A stretch of DNA of 63,996 nt, filler included, from Candidatus Hydrogenedentota bacterium (GTDB taxonomy: Bacteria; JBFMHD01), in assembly GCA_040752395.1 (NCBI GenBank). It is 13 parts of 13 records of this genome, joined end to end, with 100 filler letters (N's around TTAATTAATTAA, not from the genome) between each part and the next. Parts side by side here need not be neighbours in the genome. Positions count along the whole stretch, not along the records: positions 8,105 to 12,000 come from JBFMHD010000239.1; positions 12,101 to 31,018 come from JBFMHD010000024.1; 11 more parts are not named here. The stretch is one strand, 5' to 3'. Position 1 is the stretch's first letter; every line of letters starts with the position of its first letter. Shown in pieces: positions 9,719 to 20,535 of this stretch. Under the pieces are notes generated by a model that saw nothing but the letters and a program-made list of their open reading frames with translations, did no database searches and was not told the origin of the DNA. The position numbers and the translations under genes were made by a program.

Positions 9719-9937
9719 TTATACCTCTACGGGTATCTGTTCTAATAAAGCTCTTCCGCGGGGGATTTTTTTATTTTGTTGTTTGTAAGCTACTATCATT
9801 CCCCCCAAAGCATCCTGTATCAATTCCCTACATTCTTCCAAGGTTCTTCCTTCTGTTATGACTTCAGGCCATTCAACTAATTGTCCCATATAACCGTTTT
9901 TTATTTGTATATATTTTGCCGTATAATTGCTTAACAT
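9719..9937 (-). CDS. hicB: HicB-family antitoxin (start ATG 9937 after AGGAGG)
   Basis: GYMGQLVEWPEVITEGRTLEECRELIQDAL; adjacent to the hicA remnant. Confidence 0.85.
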   Translation of the reverse strand: MLSNYTAKYIQIKNGYMGQLVEWPEVITEGRTLEECRELIQDALGGMIVAYKQQNKKIPRGRALLEQIPVEV

Positions 9938-10059
9938 TTGTCCTCCTTGAAACCTGCTCATTTTTTGTGATCAACGTATCTTAATTAATAAAAAACATCA
10001 AGATATTTTTCGTTATCGCAGGCCGAAAGCCCATGCCTTGGAAGTTGTTATTAATTAAC

Positions 10060-10849
10060 TCAAAAGTTCTGTAAACCGGGAATATTATACCTTCGGTAAA
10101 ATGCGGTAATAGTTTTCCATAGATGGCGGGACAATTGTTTTTTTACCTGCTGTAGTATTGCATCAGGGACCTCATGGTAGAAAGCTTCAGCAATACTTCC
10201 AGCAATACAAGCCTGAGTATCACTGTCACCACCCAGTGATACAGCATTGCGTAGCGCGTCCTCGAACGAGGTTGAATCAAGAAAAGCGATAATTGCTTCA
10301 GATACTGATCCCTGACAGGTGACATCAAGCCTGTAATAAGGCCGAATTTCATCAATTGTCCGGTTCAGATTATAATCGAATCTTTTGGATATTATTTTTG
10401 CGTATGGATTCTTTATCTAAACCTGTCCGTGCTAAAAAAATCGCAAGAGCTGTGGCTTGGGCACCCTTGATCCCCTCAGGATGGTTGTGGGTACATATAG
10501 CAGAACGCTCTGCTTCACACAATACTTCTGTTTCTGTATTATATGCATATGCTATGGGACTAATGCGCATAGCTGAACCATTACCAAAGCTGTTATACGG
10601 TCCAAGCCATGGCATAAGCACCCAGCAAAGAAAACGTGGTCCATAGCCCCGCATAGGATAACGCAGTGCATATTTTCTGTACATACTGCTATATGGTTGA
10701 CTGCTCATTAGTGCATCAGCAGTAGCAACCGTCAGAACAGTATCGTCAGTATATGTTGAAATCATGGAAAACAATTTAAAATTTTTCTGTTTAGTATGTT
10801 TAAATTCAAAAACAGAACCGATGATATCTCCTGCTATCGCTCCTAACAT
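10060..10849 (-). pseudogene. ADP-ribosylglycohydrolase (DraG/ARH family), frameshifted near 10390-10400
   Basis: MLGAIAGDIIGS, YTDDT, SFGNGSAMR, THNHPEG; after a +1 shift it continues RFDYNLNRTIDEIRP...SLGGDSDTQACIAGSIAEAFY to TGA 10060. Confidence 0.85.
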
Positions 10850-11295
10850 AATTTTATTTCAGGTTCAATTAGTATTATTTCATTATCCGGTTGATTATAA
10901 ATAAGTTTTAATTTATTAATGACATCACGGCCAAGTAAAGATGGTATTCGTAATATTTTTATACTATCGTCCTTTTTCATTGTTTCGATGTTATGTTTTA
11001 GGAAAAGAACTGGTAATTTTAATTCTAACTGACCTATATTAGTTTTAAAAATCAATATAGTATCATCAAGTATATAAGTTTCAACGGAACCACCTATACC
11101 AAACATTTTCTCACTACTTTTTCTTAACTTATCATAATCAACCTTAAGAAAAATGGCATCTTTATCTGAAATAACAGTTCTACTTGCTCCTGTATCAAGT
11201 AAAAAGTTAATTGACTGGTCCAACAACAATCTGGATGAAACAAGATGAACTTGAATAAAGGCACATCCTTCTCTAAAAAATCCGGAAATAGTCAT
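10843..11295 (-). CDS. Retropepsin-like aspartyl protease
   Basis: FLLDTGASRT and SLLGRDVI motifs. Confidence 0.85.
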   Translation of the reverse strand: MTISGFFREGCAFIQVHLVSSRLLLDQSINFLLDTGASRTVISDKDAIFLKVDYDKLRKSSEKMFGIGGSVETYILDDTILIFKTNIGQLELKLPVLFLKHNIETMKKDDSIKILRIPSLLGRDVINKLKLIYNQPDNEIILIEPEIKLC

Positions 11296-11534
11296 AGTAT
11301 CAAATTTAACGGTTTATCAGTAGCATATTCCACATAAACAGAACTAATATCAACCCCCTTACTTTCCACTTTATCCCTGAGTTTTGCAATATCTTCATCA
11401 CTATCAATGACTAATTCTCCCGCCACTGCTACAAACATATCACGATAATCTTTTAAGATTTCTTCGAGATGTGCCCAATACCACTTCTGATTTTTCTGAA
11501 ACTCCTCTAAATGTTTTATTGGATCTTTACACAT
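11292..11534 (-). CDS. Small DUF5678-like protein (start ATG 11534)
   Basis: W...LEEILKDYRDMFVAVAGELVIDSDED pattern; overlaps the retropepsin start. Confidence 0.6.
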   Translation of the reverse strand: MCKDPIKHLEEFQKNQKWYWAHLEEILKDYRDMFVAVAGELVIDSDEDIAKLRDKVESKGVDISSVYVEYATDKPLNLIL

Positions 11535-11613
11535 CTTCTTAAACCTCCATTTAAATTTCTTCTCTATTATTATAGAGCACAATAAACAATAAAATCAAGA
11601 AAATTTTCTCAAG

Positions 11614-11920
11614 GATAATGTATAAAGTTTAGTGCAAATTGAATATTGAAAAGAAATAAAAAAGGGCATATTCTTCCTTAATTAAGTATAAAAACTCTTA
11701 AAAAGGAGGAACATACCCTATGAAAAGCATGAGTAAGCTGTTAACAGCCTTAACAGAATCAGACTTATGAAAAGAAGTCAAGGTCGAAGAGGAGGATATC
11801 TGGGGAGATTTGAAACCCCAACATTTAGAGATGTTAAAGAAAACGTTAGAAGCAGCTATAAGTACAGATCTCCTGAGTTTGACAGTTTACGGAGTGGCAG
11901 ATATCAAAAAAGTCAATTAA
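11614..11920 (+). mobile_element. IS256-family left end and truncated transposase remnant
   Basis: GATAATGT... terminus, RBS-sequestering inverted repeat, ATG 11720 giving LTESDL*KEVKVEEEDIWGDLKP..LEMLKKTLEAA with TGA at 11768. Confidence 0.55.
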
Positions 11921-12177
11921 ACCCCAATAAATGCACTTTATAGGCAAAAAAGATTTTAAAATTCTAAAAGCGTAGTGAAAACTATTTTATTAAAATAATA
12001 NNNNNNNNNNNNNNNNNNNNNNNNNNNNNNNNNNNNNNNNNNNNTTAATTAATTAANNNNNNNNNNNNNNNNNNNNNNNNNNNNNNNNNNNNNNNNNNNN
12101 ACAGTCTCTTCAGGGAAAGATAAGAGGTGCGATTTAAGTACTTGTTTTTGTAAAATATAATATATCTTTTTCACCTT

Positions 12178-12438
12178 TTATAATAAACACAATTTTTCTA
12201 TCAGCTCCCCACCACCTGCTGTAGGGCCGGATAATGGATTAGCGACATCGTAAATTGGACCACTTGCCATATTAAGCTGTACCGCAGTTGTAGCACCTGT
12301 ACTGTTAATTACCTCATCATGCTGAGCATCAGACCAGACTGTTACGATATGACCCGAAATTTCAATATCTGCGTATAACAGTCCCGCAAACCCAGATAGA
12401 CAAATAGTAACGACCAGAAATATTACTATAGTTCTCAT
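12178..12438 (-). pseudogene. Signal-peptide-bearing 86-aa ORF, probably a truncated exported/outer-membrane protein
   Basis: GGAGG RBS, Sec signal ending LYA, DIEISGHIVT strand-like start, abrupt end. Confidence 0.4.
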
Positions 12439-12535
12439 AACACACCTCCAAGCTTATATAGCGTTATAGTGCTACGATATATATTTTTGTGTTACTTATC
12501 AAGTATTTTTTTACAAATTTTATGAAAAACGCGGT

Positions 12536-12641
12536 AAGGCACGAAATTAAATTCAAAATTAAAAATTAGAAGACAGGAGACAGACTTCTTGCTTCTACTT
12601 GATATTATTAGAGTTACAACGTTTTTCAGAGGAGGTCTTAT
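12536..12641 (+). repeat. Mosaic element (H, short F, G) ending in GAGGAGG
   Basis: Matches 63842-63940 in reverse and the G module of 25343-25394. Confidence 0.85.
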
Positions 12642-12773
12642 ATGTTTCTTCGAGAAATTAAGTCCAAAGGTAAAACCCATCTTAGTGTTATCGAATCATA
12701 TAAAAAACAAGGTAAAGTTAAGCAAAGATATATTGCTTCTTTTGGCTGTATTGATTATGAACCTGTTGCATAG
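12642..12773 (+). mobile_element. IS1634-like transposase N-terminal fragment (43 aa)
   Basis: MFLREIKSKGKTHLSVIESYKKQGKVKQRYIASFGCID resembles IS1634 transposase N-termini. Confidence 0.5.
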
Positions 12774-12833
12774 GTTAGCAAACAGGCACATTATAATATT
12801 ATAAAAAGCAAGGAAAAATTATCAATTAAAATA

Positions 12834-13682
12834 TTAATCTTTGGATTCAATTTCTTTTATTAATTTCGGAAGGTTTGCCTCGATCTCTTTGATAATCCTA
12901 TCTTTTTCTGCAGGATCGATGTCCTTTTCATCTGTTGACAATAATTTTTTCAATTCATCCATTCTGATAACTTTATCCTTCTGATATTTTTTAATAGTAT
13001 TTTTAAATTCCTGAAGACCGTTTTCTCCCCAAATATCTTTTAAGCTATCCTCTGCCTTCTGCATATCACCGGTCTCTGTATATTCTTTCAAAATCTGATA
13101 CATCTGAAAAAGAGAAACTTTTTTATTGATATCAGCCTTAGAACTGATTTCTTCTACTTTATTTAAATAAAACAAAATCGCAGAAACAAAAATAAAATTT
13201 ATGACCACAATAGCGGTAACCAAAGGTAACGTTCTATCAATATTATAGATAACATATTTTCTTACAAAACGAGAAAGTCTATTATGGATTGGATGAGCTC
13301 TCCTTTTTCTAACAACTACGTTTGTTACAACAACCGATTTTTTATTGCGTTCTTGCTCCTCATCAGTATCAAATCTGAAATCAAATTCTCCCTCCATTTC
13401 CATCATTTCATCCGTTATATGTTCTAATGAATCTAATAAATATTTTTTAATCTGGTCTATGTTTTTTATATGTGGAAATCTTGTGATAAAAAGTTCACAG
13501 GCTATTTTACAATATACCCATTGAGACAATTTATAATAGATATAAATTATACAATATAATGCTCCTGCTTTCTTTTCTAACGAATTATTTTTATCTTTGT
13601 ATAATTGATAGCACTTCCGAGCCACCTCATTTAATCTTTTAAAATCTTTATTTTTTATCAATACATCAATGCTGGTTATCAT
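12834..13682 (-). CDS. Hypothetical single-TM protein with TPR-like N-terminus
   Basis: 282 aa; one TM segment; overlaps the PilZ gene stop. Confidence 0.6.
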   Translation of the reverse strand: MITSIDVLIKNKDFKRLNEVARKCYQLYKDKNNSLEKKAGALYCIIYIYYKLSQWVYCKIACELFITRFPHIKNIDQIKKYLLDSLEHITDEMMEMEGEFDFRFDTDEEQERNKKSVVVTNVVVRKRRAHPIHNRLSRFVRKYVIYNIDRTLPLVTAIVVINFIFVSAILFYLNKVEEISSKADINKKVSLFQMYQILKEYTETGDMQKAEDSLKDIWGENGLQEFKNTIKKYQKDKVIRMDELKKLLSTDEKDIDPAEKDRIIKEIEANLPKLIKEIESKD

Positions 13683-14023
13683 AGATTCTTATTTATATAC
13701 TCAATAATTCTTTGCTGATCTTCTCTGCTAATATCTGTAAAACAAATTCCCCAATCATACTTTTTTTCTTCTAACTCTTCTACCCAGACAACTCTGGCCT
13801 GAGTCACTATAGGTGGTCTTTGATCAGGGAGATGTATCTCAATTTTGATAATTGTTCCTACAGGTATATTTTCATCAGTTTGAAACAGCAGACCGTTTCC
13901 ACTTATGTTTTTTGTAACCGTCCCCTCACCAATATCACCCATGACTCTTGATGTTAAATAATAGGTAATTAATTTGTGTTCGATTCTGAAATATTTTCTT
14001 CTCTCTGGTCCTGTATAATTCAT
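13679..14023 (-). CDS. PilZ-domain protein
   Basis: ERRKYFR and NISGNG (RxxxR / [DN]xSxxG). Confidence 0.9.
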   Translation of the reverse strand: MNYTGPERRKYFRIEHKLITYYLTSRVMGDIGEGTVTKNISGNGLLFQTDENIPVGTIIKIEIHLPDQRPPIVTQARVVWVEELEEKKYDWGICFTDISREDQQRIIEYINKNL

Positions 14024-14300
14024 CTTCTATAAAACTCCTCTGAAAAACGCTGTAACTATAATAATATCAAGTAGAAGCAAGAAGCAAGAAGCAAGAAGCA
14101 AGAAGCAAGATAACGGAAGAAGTGAGAGGTATCAGGACGGGCGACAGGCTACGGGCTACAGCCGGCTGGAGCCAAAAGCCCAAAGCCTGCTGAAAAGTCT
14201 TGAGTCTTGAGTCCTGTTTTGACTCACGACTCTCGACTCTTAACTCCTGACTCTTTACGCCTCCACCCAATCCCCTATAACCTACCCCCTAACTACACCG
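14024..14300 (-). repeat. Mosaic element (D-E-F-G) between tRNA-Ser and the PilZ gene
   Basis: Near-identical in reverse to 50415-50595; (aagcaag)n array; ends cagaGGAG. Confidence 0.9.
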
Positions 14301-14357
14301 TCCCCGTTTTTCAAATAAGGTCGGCGCAAAATGTCTGTTCAAATCCATGTAATTAAC

Positions 14358-14451
14358 TGGCGGAGAGGGAGGGATTTGAACCCCCGGTCCACCGTAAGGC
14401 AGACACCTGATTTCGAGTCAGGCCGGATCAACCGAACTCTCGCACCCCTCC
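14358..14451 (-). tRNA. tRNA-Ser(CGA)
   Basis: Cloverleaf with long variable arm; anticodon arm cctga-ctCGAaa-tcagg; encoded CCA. Confidence 0.95.
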
Positions 14452-14506
14452 AAAAGATAAAGTAAAAAGTTAAAAGTAAGAAGTATCAGAAAAAAATTTT
14501 AATCTT

Positions 14507-14974
14507 TCAATCTTTTAATCTCCTTTTATTCTGAAAGAATTTTTGCATTAATGATTTACATTCTAAAGCACAAATACCTGATACGACCTCGACTTTGTGG
14601 TTTAAACGGCGATCGGTGAGGACGTGATACAGAGATTTGCATGCGCCTGTTTTGGGGTCATCTGCCCCATAAACGAGGCGTCCAAGCCTGCTTAAAATGA
14701 TTGCTCCTGTACACATAATACAGGGTTCTACTGTAACATATAAAGTTGCTTTATATAAATATTTACATTTTAGTTTTGTCAAAACATTATTAATAACAAT
14801 CATCTCTGCATGTTTTAACGGATTTTTTTCTGTTTGTATAGTATTTCCTGATCTTTCTATTATTTCATTATTGATTACGAGTATAGCTCCAACAGGTACT
14901 TCACCTTTATTAAAAGCGGCTTCTGCATCTTTTAATGCTTCCTTCATAAAATTGGTATCGATATCAGTGGTCAT
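14507..14974 (-). CDS. tadA: tRNA adenosine(34) deaminase
   Basis: GEVPVGA, HAE, LYVTVEPCIMC, LNH; next to tRNA-Arg(ACG). Confidence 0.95.
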   Translation of the reverse strand: MTTDIDTNFMKEALKDAEAAFNKGEVPVGAILVINNEIIERSGNTIQTEKNPLKHAEMIVINNVLTKLKCKYLYKATLYVTVEPCIMCTGAIILSRLGRLVYGADDPKTGACKSLYHVLTDRRLNHKVEVVSGICALECKSLMQKFFQNKRRLKD

Positions 14975-14977
14975 TGG

Positions 14978-16120
14978 CTATCCTTTTAGTAAAAAACTGA
15001 AGAAATCAGGGTTTCTTGTATAATGTCTGAAGAGATTTTTTATTCTTTTTTGTAAAAATAATTTTTGTGAATATTGGGTGTGATGGAAATAATATCTACT
15101 TACAATTATAAGTGATTTACTGATATAATCTTCTGTATTTGATTCTTTTAGAGCATTTGCATAGGTACGTATCAATTCGTATGTAACAGCCCAGATGACA
15201 TAAGCATTCCATACGGTCTCATGGTTTAAGAAGAATCTGCTATGTATTGAATTTATAAAAAACCGTTCAACAGTCGATTCATTATTAATTGAGACATTCT
15301 GTGAATTTATCATACGTAATTTAAGTGGTATATTTTTTGCGGAGTGCAGATAGATATCACCTAAGCCGAGCAGAAATTTAAAACTAATAAAAGTGCGTCT
15401 TAATATACTATATTTTTTGAGTGAGCTCTCATTAGATATGATTAAACTGGTAAGTAAGATGTTTTTATTATTAACAGAATATTTCAATGTTAGTTTACGT
15501 TTTTCATACTCGGTGGTATCGAGTAATTTAAAAGTACCGGATATAATATCATTTAATAAGAAAGAGCCGTATAATATCTTATTATTGAGGCTTATTTGTA
15601 ATAGGAATATTTTATTCAGGTTCTCAACGAATTTTTTATAGATTGAGAAATCGAGCAATATTGTCTCGGTAAATTTTATTTTTTGTGGTAGTTTCAGGAT
15701 CGTCTCTTTTTCTTCATCTATGAATGATTTTATTTCATCTTTAGTAATAGTATTACCTGTGTTATGTACGATTGAGGGGCAGGCAAAAGAACAAGTAATA
15801 TTCACATTATCTCCATCATAAAAAAACTGAAACGGGAAACAGCGACAGGGAAAAGGTTTATAATCATAACCGGACTCTTTATGAATTGAGCAGAGTTTAT
15901 CCGAGTCAAGAAATACACAATCTCTATTATTCTTATGTTCAAGAAAATAGTTATTATTTTCTTCGTGATAGAAGTTTTTAGCAGGATAACACTTCTTTAA
16001 TTTTTCGACTTCATCCTTTACAAGTCTTACCTGCCATTCTCTACAGCAGTTACCGCACATTATACATTCAAATTTTTGTGATTCATTTATTTTAATACTA
16101 TAATTTTCATCGATCCCTAT
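14978..16120 (-). CDS. YkgJ-family cysteine cluster protein (true start probably upstream of ATG 16060)
   Basis: FECIMCGNCC, CVFL...CSIH...KPFPCRCFPF. Confidence 0.75.
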   Translation of the reverse strand: MGIDENYSIKINESQKFECIMCGNCCREWQVRLVKDEVEKLKKCYPAKNFYHEENNNYFLEHKNNRDCVFLDSDKLCSIHKESGYDYKPFPCRCFPFQFFYDGDNVNITCSFACPSIVHNTGNTITKDEIKSFIDEEKETILKLPQKIKFTETILLDFSIYKKFVENLNKIFLLQISLNNKILYGSFLLNDIISGTFKLLDTTEYEKRKLTLKYSVNNKNILLTSLIISNESSLKKYSILRRTFISFKFLLGLGDIYLHSAKNIPLKLRMINSQNVSINNESTVERFFINSIHSRFFLNHETVWNAYVIWAVTYELIRTYANALKESNTEDYISKSLIIVSRYYFHHTQYSQKLFLQKRIKNLFRHYTRNPDFFSFLLKG

Positions 16121-16179
16121 TTTTGTACCCTCCGCTTATAGCTGAAATTAATAAACACGGAGCAAGAAACGGCACGAAT

Positions 16180-16322
16180 TAGATGCAAGAGGCAAGATAA
16201 CGAAAAAGAAAGATAACGAAAGAAGCAAGATAACGAAAAAAGTAAGAAGTAAGAAGTATCAGAAAAATGCGGAATGCGGAAATCTGTAGTCAGCAGCCAG
16301 AATTTAGAACGCAAAAACGCAA
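16180..16322 (-). repeat. Repeat mosaic (F-type heptamers) downstream of tRNA-Arg
   Basis: ctgatacttcttacttcttac...cgttatcttgcttc matches 25250-25340. Confidence 0.8.
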
Positions 16323-16324
16323 TA

Positions 16325-16401
16325 TGGCGCGGCCTGAGAGAGTTGAACTCCCAACCTGCTGATCCGTAGTCAGCTGCTCTATCCAGTTGAGCCAAGGCCG
16401 C
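16325..16401 (-). tRNA. tRNA-Arg(ACG)
   Basis: 77-nt cloverleaf; anticodon loop ctACGga; encoded CCA. Confidence 0.96.
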
Positions 16402-16498
16402 ATTTTTTTCTATGATAATCTATATTTCGATTTGATGTCAAGATGTTGTTGACGCCAAGAGCAAAACATAGTAAATAGAGGTAAAGGAGTTAACAAGT

Positions 16499-19054
16499 AT
16501 GGCTTTTGTTATTGAAACCTATCCGTTTGCTGAAATAGAGACTAAGTGGCAGAAGCTGTGGGAAAAAGAAAAAATTTTTGAAACTATCGAAAACCCTGCT
16601 AAACCAAAATTTTATGTTCTTGAGATGTTTCCCTATCCAAGTGGTAAGCTACATATGGGACATGTTCGAAATTATACTATAGGTGATTGTCTTACAAGAT
16701 TTTTGCGAATGAACGGGTACAATGTTTTATATCCTATGGGTTATGATTCGCTGGGGCTGCCTGCTGAAAATGCTGCGATTGAAAAAGGAGTCAATCCCAA
16801 AGACTGGACGCTTGCACGGATCAATGAGATGAGAGAGCAACAGAAACGTATGGGGTTCTCGTATGATTGGGAGAGAGAAATAATAACCTGTGATCCGGAA
16901 TACTATAGATGGAACCAGTGGCTATTTTTAAAGATGTTCGAGAGTGGGCTTGCTTATAAAAAAGAAGCGCCTGTTAACTGGTGTGACAGCTGCGGTACTG
17001 TGCTCGCTAATGAACAGGCTGAGGGTGGAGTATGCTGGAGATGTAACACTATTGTTAAAACTAAAAAACTCTCTCAATGGTTTTTTAAGATTACTCACTA
17101 TGTCGAAGAACTATTATCACGGCTTGATGAACTTAAAGGCTGGCCTGAAAATGTTATTACTATGCAGAGGAACTGGATCGGGAAATCATACGGGACTGAA
17201 ATAGAGTTCCAGATAATTGATGACACTCGTAAAATCAGAGTATTCACCACAAGACCAGATACGGTTTATGGCATAACCTATCTTGTCATTGCACCAGAAC
17301 ACCCAATGGCTTTAGACCTTGTTAAAAATGCTAAATATGAAGAACAGGTTATTGATTATATAGCATTAACTGGTAGAAAGACAGAACAAGAACGAAGCAG
17401 TACAAAAGAAAAAAGCGGTGTGTTTACTGGCAGGTATTTTATAAATCAGTTTACCGGCGATAAATGCCCTATTTATGTGGCTGATTATGTATTGATGGGT
17501 TATGGTACAGGTGCTGTTATGGCTGTACCGGCTCATGACCAACGAGATTATGAATTTGCTAAAGAACATCAGCTTCCTATAAAGACCGTAATTGTGCCAT
17601 GGGTTGGCGAACCACCAGATGATAGAGCATACGAAGAACCAGGTAAGATGATTGAATCAGCTCAATTTACGAATATGGATTCAGAAACCGCAAAAAATGC
17701 GATAACTGATTACATAGAGAACCAAAAATGGGGTAAACGAACTGTTCAGTACAGATTAAGGGATTGGTTAATTTCAAGACAGCGATACTGGGGTACCCCG
17801 ATACCTGTTATCTACTGCGATAAATGCGGTATTGTTCCTGTGAAAGTAGAGGATTTACCAGTAATACTTCCTGAGGGCGCGAAGTTTACTGGCAAAGGTA
17901 ACCCGCTTGAGACTGTTAAAGAGTTTATTGAAACAGAGTGTCATAAATGCGGGAATAAAGCGAGACGCGAAACCGATACTATGGATACGTTTGTTGATTC
18001 ATCATGGTATTTTTTAAGATATATTTCTCCGGATAGTAAGGATAAACCATTCGAGAGTAGGAGAGTAAATTACTGGATGCCTGTGGATCAATATATTGGT
18101 GGCGTTGAGCATGCAGTATTACATCTTCTTTACTCCAGATTTTTTACCTATGTTTTAAGAGATTTAGGGCTTATAAATTTCAGCGAGCCATTTACGAATC
18201 TTTTAACCCAGGGTATGGTATGTATGCCAACATTTTATGTTCCTTCGCTTGGTTATGTTTTACCAGAAGAGGTTGAGAATAATATTCATAAACCCACAGG
18301 CAGACCCGTAGAGATAGGACCGAGTGAGAAGATGAGTAAATCAAAGAAGAACACCGTGGATCCTGGCCGTATAATAGAAAAGTACGGTGCTGACACCTCA
18401 AGACTCTTTATTCTTTTTGCATCACCACCAACAAAAGAGCTTGAATGGTCTGACCAGAGTGTTGAGGGCTGTTTCAGATTTTTAAATCGGGTATACAGAT
18501 TTGTTTATAAATTTAAAGATAAAATCAATGCTCACGAGAGAAATCTTATTCCTGAAACTTTACACGCCAGAACCATTAACAGAAAACTTCATCAAACGAT
18601 AAAAAAAGTATCACTTGATATAAAAGGGAGGTTTCATTTCAATACTGCGATAGCAGCGATAATGGAGTTCGTTAATGAACTTTATAAATGGGAGATTACT
18701 GAGAAAGATTTCCCTTTTCTAAAAGAGGTTATAGAAAAACTCGTTTTGCTATTATCACCTTTTGCACCCCATATCGCTGAAGAACTTAATCTGATGATTG
18801 GTGGAAAAAGTTTTGTATGTTTAAAAGAGTGGCCGCAATACAATACTTTGATTGCAAAAGAAGAGACCATAACCATTGTTATTCAGATTAATGGTAAAGT
18901 GAGGCATAAACTTGAAGCCCCTTGTGATATAACTGAAAATGAAGCAAAAGACATTGTGATGCAGGACGAGATTGTTAAAACTAAAATCCAGGGTAAAGAG
19001 ATTAGAAAGATAATCTATGTTCCAGGAAAGTTAGTGAATATTGTACTTGGATAA
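16499..19054 (+). CDS. leuS: Leucine--tRNA ligase
   Basis: [36 protein letters not shown]. Confidence 0.98.
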   Translation: MAFVIETYPFAEIETKWQKLWEKEKIFETIENPAKPKFYVLEMFPYPSGKLHMGHVRNYTIGDCLTRFLRMNGYNVLYPMGYDSLGLPAENAAIEKGVNPKDWTLARINEMREQQKRMGFSYDWEREIITCDPEYYRWNQWLFLKMFESGLAYKKEAPVNWCDSCGTVLANEQAEGGVCWRCNTIVKTKKLSQWFFKITHYVEELLSRLDELKGWPENVITMQRNWIGKSYGTEIEFQIIDDTRKIRVFTTRPDTVYGITYLVIAPEHPMALDLVKNAKYEEQVIDYIALTGRKTEQERSSTKEKSGVFTGRYFINQFTGDKCPIYVADYVLMGYGTGAVMAVPAHDQRDYEFAKEHQLPIKTVIVPWVGEPPDDRAYEEPGKMIESAQFTNMDSETAKNAITDYIENQKWGKRTVQYRLRDWLISRQRYWGTPIPVIYCDKCGIVPVKVEDLPVILPEGAKFTGKGNPLETVKEFIETECHKCGNKARRETDTMDTFVDSSWYFLRYISPDSKDKPFESRRVNYWMPVDQYIGGVEHAVLHLLYSRFFTYVLRDLGLINFSEPFTNLLTQGMVCMPTFYVPSLGYVLPEEVENNIHKPTGRPVEIGPSEKMSKSKKNTVDPGRIIEKYGADTSRLFILFASPPTKELEWSDQSVEGCFRFLNRVYRFVYKFKDKINAHERNLIPETLHARTINRKLHQTIKKVSLDIKGRFHFNTAIAAIMEFVNELYKWEITEKDFPFLKEVIEKLVLLLSPFAPHIAEELNLMIGGKSFVCLKEWPQYNTLIAKEETITIVIQINGKVRHKLEAPCDITENEAKDIVMQDEIVKTKIQGKEIRKIIYVPGKLVNIVLG

Positions 19055-19126
19055 TGTGAAAAGTCCTATTTTCGGTAGCGCCTCTACTGGCTGGAGAAAT
19101 CGCGACGCTACAAAGAGACATAAACC

Positions 19127-19876
19127 ATGATTACATTAACCACTGATTTCGGGTATCAGGATGCGTATGCTGGTATATTAAAAGGTATTCTTTTGAGTGA
19201 ATTACCAGAAGAAAAAGTTATTGATATAACCCACGATATACCACCTTGTAATTATTTATCCGGCGCCTATGTTCTTAAAACTTATTATAGATATTTTCCT
19301 CCTTATACCTTTCATCTCGTAGTAGTTGATCCAGGTGTGGGTTCTGTAAGGAGAGGATTAATAGTAAAAACAAGAGACCAGGTATTCATAGGTCCTGACA
19401 ACGGAGTATTCTCTTATCTTTTTAGAGATAATGCTGATGTAGAATGTTTCTTGATTGATGAATCGATGTACCACGCTGCGAGTAAAACATTTCATGCAAG
19501 AGATATTTTTGTACGAGAGATAATACGGATAAAAAAAAAGGGTATCGGTGATTTGAAGAAAGTTTATGACCCGGTATCAATACTTCCTGCGATATCGGTT
19601 GATGGAAACTTATACACCGGTGCCGTGATACACATTGATAAATTCGGTAATCTTATAACCAATATAGAAAAAAAGGATGGGATTTTTAAAAGATGCATAA
19701 GGATTGGCAGAAAAAGAGTCAATATTGTATTTAAAGAAATTTATAGTTATATAAAGCAGAATAATCCGCTACTTTTATTAAATTCACAAGACCATTATGA
19801 AATAGCAATTAATAGGGGTGATGCTTATAAAAGATTTAAAGCGAATACAGGGACTCCTATTATACTGGAGAAATAA
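19127..19876 (+). CDS. SAM hydroxide adenosyltransferase (DUF62, chlorinase/fluorinase family)
   Basis: ITLTTDFG, VVDPGVGSVRR, GPDNG, TFHARD, IDKFGNLITN. Confidence 0.9.
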   Translation: MITLTTDFGYQDAYAGILKGILLSELPEEKVIDITHDIPPCNYLSGAYVLKTYYRYFPPYTFHLVVVDPGVGSVRRGLIVKTRDQVFIGPDNGVFSYLFRDNADVECFLIDESMYHAASKTFHARDIFVREIIRIKKKGIGDLKKVYDPVSILPAISVDGNLYTGAVIHIDKFGNLITNIEKKDGIFKRCIRIGRKRVNIVFKEIYSYIKQNNPLLLLNSQDHYEIAINRGDAYKRFKANTGTPIILEK

Positions 19877-20499
19877 TGCTTGATAAACACATTATAGGTA
19901 ATATTCTTATTGATTTAAGTGTTGATAAAGTTAAGCGACGTTTGAGTATAAAAAAAGCAAGATTGGATAAAGAGATAGAGACTGCCATAGAGGAGGTGAG
20001 AACATATTCTCAAACAAACGTGGTGATCTCAGAGTTTGTCATTGATGCTATAACTGAAGAAAGTATAATTTTCAACCGTGGCAAGAGAATAGAAAGTAAG
20101 AACATAGCTAAACTTTTAGAAAACTCTAATCGGATTTATATCTTTGCAGTAACTCTGGGGATTGATGTTGATAACAGGATAGAATTTTATTTTAAAAACA
20201 GAAATGAATCAAAGGGATTAATTCTCGATGCTGCGGCGAGCGAGTACGTAGAAGCGGTTGTTTCTTTTACTCACAATTTTTTAAAAAACAGAGCAAAAAG
20301 ATTTCAAGGAAGTATTACTCCAAGGTTTTCACCAGGTTATGGTGATTTAAGTTTGGATAATCAGAGATTGATTTTAAAATTAGCCGGGGCACGTAAAATT
20401 GGTATAAAGCTTCTTTCTCCCTCGATGATAATGATACCGCGAAAAAGTGTGACCGCAATTTGTGGGATGGATAAAATATTTGACAAAGATAAAAAATAA
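19876..20499 (+). CDS. Stand-alone methionine synthase reactivation domain
   Basis: FAVTLG, DAAASEYVE, RFSPGYGD, PRKSVTA. Confidence 0.85.
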   Translation: MLDKHIIGNILIDLSVDKVKRRLSIKKARLDKEIETAIEEVRTYSQTNVVISEFVIDAITEESIIFNRGKRIESKNIAKLLENSNRIYIFAVTLGIDVDNRIEFYFKNRNESKGLILDAAASEYVEAVVSFTHNFLKNRAKRFQGSITPRFSPGYGDLSLDNQRLILKLAGARKIGIKLLSPSMIMIPRKSVTAICGMDKIFDKDKK

Positions 20500-20535
20500 A
20501 GACATTATGAAATTGAATACAAAAGGCATACCTAT

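Noticed and set aside
9162-11770. Stop-codon reassignment suggested by in-frame TAA/TGA
   Set aside because: Core genes end normally in TGA (ruvB, panC, metH) and TAA. In-frame stops are confined to accessory remnants.
14280-14357. SRP RNA after tadA/tRNA-Ser; riboswitch or T-box upstream of metH, leuS or ilvB
   Set aside because: No recognisable conserved motifs by eye. An Rfam scan would be needed to exclude divergent copies.
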